Of a stretch of 64,000 nt of DNA, positions 55,300 to 64,000 are shown piece by piece. Numbering within the stretch: position 1 is the stretch's first letter; the number at the start of each line of letters is the position of its first letter. The DNA comes from Antedon mediterranea (Eukaryota; Animalia; Echinodermata), in assembly GCF_964355755.1 (NCBI RefSeq), contig NC_092678.1, forward strand, positions 21,593,365-21,657,364, in the 5' to 3' direction. The notes below the pieces were generated by a model. It made no database searches. It saw only the letters and a list, made by a program, of their open reading frames with translations, and was not told the origin of the DNA. A program made the position numbers and the translations under genes.

Positions 55300-55947
55300 T
55301 CAAATGAGGTCCATCTTCTTAATCCTCTTCATCTTTGCATCCCTTTCAAGTTCGGCCATTGAATGAATACTTCGTTTGAATAAGGCCGGATCCTCCACCA
55401 TGCGACGTTCACGGTTGCTTCGTTGGTTTTTCCGTTGGTTTTTCATGAATTCTTCAATCAATGGGCCTAATTCAGGGTGATCATCGATGAAAAGAAGCGG
55501 ATGCAATCTTTTAGCGCGGTTCAGCTCCTGATTGTCCGCCGCTGCCATTTCCATTTCATCATCCACCATGCGACGTTCACGGTTGTTTCGTTGGTTTTTC
55601 ATGAATTCTTCAATCAATGGGCCTAATTCAGGGTGATCATCGATGAAAAGAAGCGGATGCAATCTTTTAGCGCGGTTCAGCTCCTGATTGTCCGCCGCTG
55701 CCATTTCCATTTCATCGTCCACCATGCGACGTTCACGGTTGTTTCGTTGGTTTTTCATGAATTCTTCAATCAATGGGCCTAATTTAGGGTGCTGATCGAG
55801 GAAAAGAATCGGATCCAATCTTTTAACGCGGTTCAGCTCCTGGTTGTCCGCCGCGGCCATTACTACTTCATCCATTCGTTTCTCCCGAAGCAAACCACCG
55901 CCGCCGTCGCTCCCTCTGCGCTCTCTATTAACCAACTCATCTTTATT
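55300..55947 (-). CDS. Orphan exon encoding a tandem-repeat protein with multiple RxxR/KR cleavage sites (peptide-precursor-like); 5' end unresolved
   Basis: Acceptor ttttatttatttatag then in-frame NKDELVNRERR...; three 156-168-bp repeats; stop at 55300. A possible phase-0 upstream exon lies at about 56081-56022 (TIFLKIMFTQNKNGYSCIGQ, donor GTAATG). Confidence 0.65.
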   Translation of the reverse strand, partial: NKDELVNRERRGSDGGGGLLREKRMDEVVMAAADNQELNRVKRLDPILFLDQHPKLGPLIEEFMKNQRNNRERRMVDDEMEMAAADNQELNRAKRLHPLLFIDDHPELGPLIEEFMKNQRNNRERRMVDDEMEMAAADNQELNRAKRLHPLLFIDDHPELGPLIEEFMKNQRKNQRSNRERRMVEDPALFKRSIHSMAELERDAKMKRIKKMDLI

Positions 55948-56615
55948 CTATAAATAAATAAAATTATGTATTAGGCCGCCTACAACCCATAGAGAATCAT
56001 TGTTCTCAAAATAAACATTACCTGCCCTATACAACTGTAACCATTCTTATTTTGTGTAAACATTATTTTAAGAAATATTGTCTAATAATAAAATGTCAGT
56101 GTTGTTAAATAAACATAATAATACTGTATTCCAAATTTGTTCGTCCACTATATACTAAATTGCAATGCTTTCCATGAACTGGGAATTTATTTAATGGTTT
56201 AAAAAAAAATCAATTTCTGAGATCAATATAATTAATGTATTTGCCGCAGTACATTGACATTAACATACAAAACCTCGAGTCGGTAAAACTAATTAACGTG
56301 GCCATCATCATGAATCGTGTTGTTCATTATTAAACCTTGTTCTGACTGCTGTCTGCTGTAAGCGGGAAAACAGAGACCACGTTCTCTCTACACAATGCAA
56401 AATGTACTTAAGACCGCGAGCCCACAACAGAACAATTAAATTTCGATTTTTCATTTAAACACAAGAGCATGGCCTTGTGTCAAATTACAATTCTATTAAA
56501 TTGAGAAGAATTAATGCTTTGCAATTACTGTGTATTTTAATAGGTCTGTTTCTCAGTGACACCATCATAGAGATATCATTGTAGGCCTACACGCGTGTTT
56601 AAATGTTGATGGTAA

Positions 56616-56808
56616 AGGCCAATTTACACAGACGAGCGGTAGGGCCTAACGGTAAGCGGAAAATAAAACTAACATGGAATCTGCTATTTCTTATGACGAT
56701 TTATACTAAACGTGGGCGGCAGTCGAGCGGGAACCCGCGCTCGGATAGTAGATACAAATTCACGTGGGACAATCTACGCGGTTTCCGCTCGTCTGTGTAA
56801 ATTGGCCA
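56616..56808. mobile_element. MITE family C copy
   Basis: AGGCCAATTTACACAGACGAGCGG...CCGCTCGTCTGTGTAAATTGGCC inverted repeats. Confidence 0.85.
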
Positions 56809-58606
56809 TGATAATACAGTGGCTTTTGGACCGTACACCATGCGCGACTTTGCCGGGTCCGTTACTTGCCGGATAAGTTGGCTTCATTGCCAAATTACAA
56901 TATCGCACTTTGGTTGAGTAGTGAACCATTTTACTGGGGTAGGCCTATAACGTAACTTGGGCCTCCTATCGTCACGTATAACGATATAAGTTAACAGAAC
57001 CTCACGCATCTTGTTCTTACTACCTTTTTGAGATGCTTTGATCTTGTATTTTTCATGAATGGCGCGCCATACTATTATTGAGAGCAATACTATATATTTA
57101 TCATACATAGGCCTATCTCTGCGAATCTTCATTTATACAACGGTTTTTTTATTAAGTATTTCATAAATTTATATCTAAATCCATGTAATAGAAACATTAC
57201 CTTGCGTTTAATATTATTTTGTAAAAGAAAACAGGTATCTTATCGAAGTGGGCCAACGCATGCGCATTGTGTGGTTTTCACAGATTATTATAGGTTATCT
57301 ATATCACAAAATTACACTTTTAAACATATAGAAGCGTTTGTACTTGTACATATTATATACATATTAGGCCTATGCCTATACAGTTACTTAACAAATTGTA
57401 ACATTATGAATGTATTAATGATTAATAATATTAAAGATATTGTCGTGAATTCTCTATGTTCAATTGATCATTGCACTACCTGCAAAAATCATAATAATAA
57501 AAAGAATACATACCACTGGGATGGCTTCGGACGTCACTAAAATGACAACGATCCCGTACACAAATAACAGCTTAGAATACATTTTTAATATACAGTACCG
57601 TATACGTATAAAACGTTGACAAAATAACGTGCTTCGTTTTCAAGCTTAAAGCGTGTTCACATGTCGCTTTCCCGACCCTTTCTGCTGATTATATATCCGT
57701 GTGCAGGGTTGTTACTGCGCATCTCAGTAATTAATTATCATTTTGCAAATGATATGTCCGTCGCACAAAGCCTTTGATAGATCGTTGCTATGGTTTTCGT
57801 CAGACGAAAAGCTGATTATGTATAATTTATGCGCATATCGCATTGGTCGTAATTTCAGTCGCTCATTCCCATGAGACTTACTGTGTCAAACGGTATAATG
57901 TTGATATTTAATATTAATAACTCATCGTACGCTGATAAAATATTCATTTATTGAAAAAACGTTTTATTTTATATTTACCAATACATGTTCATAATTTAAT
58001 ATTTCTTCACTGTCCTATAATGAAATATTACAAATTAATTTTAGGTGAATATTATTAAACTACTACTGTATATAATATTAATTATTATTTTTAGGCAAAA
58101 TTATTTTTACATTGTTTATTTTAGTGATTGTTATGGTAGCAACACACATAAGTGTTGTCTGTTATTTTAATTTGTAGTCTACAAAAACGTTTTGTAAAAA
58201 GACAAATAAATAAAAATATCAAAATAAGATTATGCCAATACTTTTGATTCAAATAATTGTATATTAAAATATTATACTAATGTTTTCATTGAAAAAAAGG
58301 AAAACATTTAGTGTCTTACATATAGTATTAGGCCTATATGCGGTGTAAGCTATAACTGGTACAAGTGATAACACTTAATTTTCAAAAATCCGCAGCCATG
58401 AAACAGCGGACTTAAACTTATTTAACGTACAAACTTATATCGTATGCATTTGAGTACGCGTGCGCAAACTTGGTGTCTATTGCGTGATTCCATCGAGTTA
58501 TTATAGATTGACTAGAGGGCGTACTCCTACGGCAATTAAATAATAATACCTCGAATGGTTATTTCTCATAATGATATTATAGATGGCGCTATATCGCTAA
58601 CTTTTT

Positions 58607-61298
58607 TCACCAGTCTGCTCCATTTGAAATGCCAATAACACAACAAGCCAAACGCATACCAGCGTTTCCTGTAGTGTGGCTACCAACATTGTCCTCGGTA
58701 CCCAAGTCGTCTCGTCCCATGTGTAGCTTCGGTGTAAAAAAAAAGACAACTAAAATCACTCTACTCTACACTATCAAATTTTATGTGACCAAAAAATGTG
58801 ATGTGCCCATGTATGGACATGATGATGTCATATCACTACCAATACCATATGTGGGTATATCACAGACTTCCATATTTGTGCACATCACACTTTGTCAAAA
58901 TAGTTTGATAGTGTAGAGCAATTATTATTTAAAATATTGAATTTTCAAATTAATTTCAACAATACTGATCGTCTTTTAGTGGAAATTCCAGAAAAAATTC
59001 ATAGATATGTTGTGACTTTGTTCATACGTAATACTTGTATATTGTAAAAATAAGATATTTACCACAATTCCTCGGCCAATGATCGAATTATCTCCCGTTA
59101 ATTTAGCTATCGATTCTTCCATACTGATATTAATAGTTCCTTTACCGCTCACATCAACGTTACCCAAGTCACCTACGTGTCTTGAAATATAATAACAAAA
59201 AGCTAGGACACAATTACAATATCTAATGTCGATGCAAATTAGAAAAATTATTTTTTTTTAAACACGCACTACGACCGGCCTCATGTAACACCTCTATTTA
59301 AGGTACAGTTTGTGGGTGTCTCCTCAATTCGATCTCACCTTTCTTTTGCATTTCTTGGCCCATGGGCTTTTCCGAGAGGATTGTAGTGGCCGCCCATTGA
59401 ATTACAACCATGCGTCATGTCTCCTAGTTCGTGCACGTGAAATCCGTGTCGTGAATAATAATGTTGAAATCCATAAAGATATCCTTTTATTTCAAGAGCT
59501 GAAGTTGATGTCTAAAAAAATATCAACATTAACAATTGTGACGTAATCAATCTAGTGGTAAACAACGATCAGAGTTTTGTTTTTACAAATTTTTAATACA
59601 AAGCCAAAGAGTAACTTTAAATGACGTACATTTTGTCGAAGATTAATCGAGCCGGTGATTGGTTGGTAGTAACGAATTCCTAGCGCTACGTTCGGCATCA
59701 TTCGGCAATTTCCGTAAACCGGCTGTTCGGTTAAACCTAAACCTTTAAAAGAAATTTTGAAAATGCACCAACTTTCTAATTTGATTTAATATTCATTTCA
59801 CTATATATCAACGAAGAACAAGCACAACAAAAATAAAATAACTCACTATGGTAGAACTGTTGAGGGGGACCCTTGATTGAATTTTAACATTAAAATAATC
59901 TATTAGGAAGGGCGGAGGGTGGGTATATAGAAACAGAAGATAAGTGAGAAAAAAGGAGTTTTGTAGGACCACCTCCCGGCCAAATCTGACCAACACTTTT
60001 TAATCATTTTTTATGAAGCAAATAAACACGAAAATAGTTTGTTCAACCCCGTATAAAAGTTGACAAAACACTGTCAAGGTTAGCTATTCTCGACAAGGAG
60101 TTACTTTAGGCCTAGAGTTAAAATATGAATGACAGTTTATCAAAGTAATTTGAAAGGAGGTCAATGATTTAAAAATTCCGATCAATTGATTTCGGAAATG
60201 TACTCGCTCATCCCAATTACTTACTTAGCAGATTCCAAAATAAATTGGCCAGTCATGCGTTATAATCGATGTTTGGATTACTACTCCAAAGTTTAAAGTG
60301 ACAAAAAATTAAGTTTACTTAATAAAATCCAAACAATGTTTTCGTTAATTTGTGACGGTTTGTTCGCGGGGATGATGAATATGGGTCAAATTGCCTTAAT
60401 TTGAATCCATTTTATTTATGTTTAATTACAATATTGTCATACTGTTATATGTAGGGTATAACGAAGGGATTACCGTGCACCCCCATGATGTATTGTTGAA
60501 GAATTAAGTTTCCGTTGTTGAATAAATGAGTTCTTTTACTTTTTTATTTTTTTATTTTTAACGCAAGGAATTTGACCAATCAATGAATTTTAATCGAACT
60601 GCGTTCTAGTGATGATTTGACCAATCACAAGTGATGGATCATCCGAAGCTTGTCATTGGTCAACTCGCTTGCGTTGTGTTTACGTCCTTTTTACGGGAAC
60701 TATGGGTTTATGACGACACAATCCAATGATGTACGCGCAGCGTAATTTTACCAATCACAAGTGATGGTTACAATGATTGAACATGTTGCGTTGCACGTGT
60801 TTTGTTGCGTTCTAGGAACCATGTTTAAACTACTAGCAGACATCAGGCCATTAGTTGATAAATGTCTTTAGAGTGTAAATTTACTAATGTCTAGGGGGCA
60901 AGTAATATGATATTATTTCAGCTTCCTTACCTTGCGTTTCTGAGAGTAAATTATGAACCTCTAACAACCGATCCACATCGTATCGAAGCTTAATCATTTC
61001 TTCTTCAACCAAAGTCATACGATCTATAAAGAAAACAGTTGTTACAATCGTGACAAAATATATTCATATTTAAAATGTGTTTGGCGTATCGTGCCAGGAA
61101 TTCCATTGTATATACCCATTGTGTAATGGAATTATCTTTCTATATTACGACCTATATATTTTAAATAATTAGGCCTACATGCATCAATCAAAGTTGATAC
61201 TAAGTGATCTAGCTCTTACCTGGCATTACTTGGGTATCTGCAGAAGTTGAAAAAATCATCACCATGGCAGCCAGAAGCGCACGATTTATAAAATGCAT
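58607..61298 (-). CDS. SOD3: Extracellular Cu/Zn superoxide dismutase (SOD3-like)
   Basis: Exons 61298-61220 (signal-like [20 protein letters not shown]), 61023-60931, 59736-59630, 59511-59339, 59180-59063, 58726-58607. Metal-ligand motifs are intact: [54 protein letters not shown] lies upstream at about 61383-61377. Confidence 0.92.
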
Positions 61299-63807
61299 CG
61301 TGAGAGAAGAAATCGTCAACTCTTGTGTAGATGCAAACCACATAACACTTTAGAATTTGGAAGACCAATACGGGGCTTTTATAGATCCACACACGGAAAT
61401 TGTCGTCGTATTCTCTTCGCGTTGATAGGTCCGGGGTAAACAAACCTATTAATAATTGTAATATAAAACTTCCTAGTCTCCGAAAACTTTTAATAATAAT
61501 TTCACAAAACGAAATGTTTTGGAGGTGGTTCACTTTACAGGTCTTATTCAAAGACTAGTACTCTACAACATGAATCGATCAAGCTTTATAAACTTTTTTA
61601 TTGGCATAACTTTTTAACTTTGTAGCAAGAATATGTTTATACATTTTAAAACTCATTGTCGCATTCTTTTGATTTCATAATTGTAACGAAATACTCATTT
61701 TACCAGGAATGTTGAATGATTCTATTGACGTTACACATACTTTTTTTGTATGTTGTGTTGTCTTATTTATTTATCATTTTAATCAAGTCGTCCAAACGTC
61801 TTGATAGAGAGATGAAGCAAAAAGAGCACCGCTAGTGTAGTGATGCAGAGAGAAAGGTTTTTCCCAAACATCCTTAAAACACGACAACCACAACCATGCC
61901 AACTTGTGACAAATCCGTCCAGATGATTTTCATATGGAACTGATTGACGTCTAACAATGTATGCAAGAAGCCCTCTATCGAATGTATTCTTTTAAATTGT
62001 TTTTTAAAAAGAAATATTTTTTTTTTAGTGTCCGATACACGAATTTAACTATATTAAATTTATATTTTAACCATACACCAATTAAATGGAGGCTTACAAT
62101 TACATCTTGGCCTACCTGTATCTTATGTATCTCTGTATCCGTAACGTACAAACACATCTCTGGCGTCTTCGAAATTGAAGTATTTAAAGTGTAGTTTTAT
62201 TGTAATACAGTTATTTTGGTATTTGTTCACTCATAACTTTTAATTAGTGTTTTTGTTGAAAAACGTATTGTCGGGACGAACCCCATGACGTCATCGAATT
62301 ATACGCTTGATTTCACTCAAGGTCAACGCCAGCCAATCCGCGGCCTGTAGGCGCTCCCCATCACCACACACGCGATCGTCTACCATCAACTATTCCTTCA
62401 CTACGAAAAGTTTTGAATAAAACCAGGTCGTTGATTTTCAAAAACAAGTCCGATTGGTGAGTATTCTTTTATTATCTACGCTTTAACCGTAAACTAGACA
62501 AACATTTATAGATCAAGGTTTGCTCTAAATGCCTAATTAAGTACTGTTTGATGTATGATTTCTAAGTCTATATTTTCCCCTGTCTCCCAGATATACCATC
62601 CTTTTCACTTTGGGACGGAAACACCGTGCACACGCCCTTTTCGCCGGTTGTTTTGCTGGCACGCCAGCGGAAAAATCTAAACTGTTAACCCTGGAAATAA
62701 TATTCGGAAGGAAGTTTGTAAACTGGATATTTCTGCATATATTGCACAGTATTTATTTTCCAGTTTGTGAATATATGAATAATCATATTCAATAGTTGAT
62801 TTGCTGTGAATTTTTGTTTCAATTTGTATGAATAAGTAAGCTACTAGGCTAGACCTTTATTTTAGGCTAAACGGGGGCTAAACAATATATTTGAAAAGCC
62901 GGCTGTAAAATAGACTGTCGTGATCTACTTCATTGTATTGGAACAAACAGATGGTATCGTCATTGTCATAACGTCTGAATCGTTTGATTGTGTCCATGCT
63001 AGGCTATGTTGATTAGATAAAAAAAAACAAAACAATTCCTAGCATGAAATTGTCAAACATTTGATTTTAGTTTAAAAATTAATGAGTACTGTAAGTGTAA
63101 AAAAAATACACTAACCAATGAACCCCCCAAATTGATGAATTCCTGCAGTAGATGCAATTAAATTAATTAATTATGTAGGCCTATATTGATTAGGTATATT
63201 ATTCATAAACATCCATCTCGGTCTGTGTAGTTATTTAACACCTTTGGGGAATTGACTGAGATGATGGCTGTGTTAAGCCGTCCTTCAGCTCTCTACACAG
63301 TAATATCATCAAGTTCATTTCTATATTAAGTGACTACAGTATTGATTATGGATGTCCCCACCATCTCAATCTGTTTTGTCAGTGTATTGTGTATCAGCAA
63401 ATTCCACAACTTTATGCATATTAATTCAGGGACTGAATTTTAACAGTAGATTTCATAGTAAATTAACAAATCATGTGAAATCACTTATTAAATATTAAAT
63501 TGTATCATAACAATAGGAAGGTCATGTACATAGTCTTTCTTAAGCTCTGTCCACACTAGTTTGACAAAAAAGCTACTACTAACTAGCATAAGTAGGCCTA
63601 CATGTATTTCTCTGGTTATCATAAGTAAAGGAATGCTAGGCCTCAAAAAGAGATTACAAAACGTTATACTGCAGTTATACAGTAGTACATGATTATCAGG
63701 CTGTAAAAATATGTTATACAGTAACACATTAAGTAATATAAACTGTTTTTCTATCATAGTGTGAATAGCTTTTCAACTTCTTGCTTTTAGATAAACAATT
63801 TTTAGCC

Positions 63808-63881
63808 ATGACTGCTGCAGTTGAAAACCTTCGAGCACAATGCCTAAAGCGTGGAGCAAGTGGAATCAAGGGACTAGGAAG
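63808..63881 (+). CDS. CAPSL: Calcyphosin-like EF-hand protein, first coding exon (continues beyond window)
   Basis: MTAAVENLRAQCLKRGASGIKGLGR followed by a GTAAAT donor; this matches the calcyphosin N-terminal motif LR.QCL.RG..GI.GL.R. Confidence 0.8.
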
Positions 63882-64000
63882 GTAAATATTAAGCATATTT
63901 ACAAATTTTTTAACTTAAAAAAACAAATTTTTATTTTTAGTGTGAATACTAAAATTCTTGCCCAGTACTGTGTCATAGGAACATTCTTAATACTGTACTG

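Noticed and set aside
54996-55366. Ser/His/Ile-rich plus-strand ORFs
   Set aside because: Translations of the (CAT/CGT)n microsatellite.

Overview
Eukaryotic, very AT-rich, intron-containing animal genomic DNA, most likely an invertebrate deuterostome (echinoderm-like; inferred from gene content and repeats, not proven). By manual GT-AG exon assembly I find eight protein-coding loci. In order: the 3' half of a MiT/TFE bHLH-ZIP gene (+); a single-intron KAT5/Tip60 (-) head-to-head with a 12-exon ST7 (+); a CIMIP7/C3orf84-like HDNR-domain gene (-) head-to-head with an IHO1/CCDC36-like meiotic gene (+) carrying a coding 30-bp repeat; an orphan exon encoding a tandem-repeat precursor with many furin/dibasic sites (-); a secreted Cu/Zn SOD (-); and the first coding exon of a calcyphosin-like gene (+). 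Non-coding DNA is full of PIF/Harbinger-like MITEs, Tc1/pogo-like MITE relics, tRNA-derived SINEs and minisatellites. The most interesting points are the orphan peptide precursor, the apparently conserved CIMIP7-IHO1 head-to-head pair, duplication-born candidate microexons in IHO1, the intron-poor KAT5, and abundant TACAGTA/TAGGCCTA motifs that look like transposon footprints. Homology calls rest on my recall of family sequences; no searches were run.
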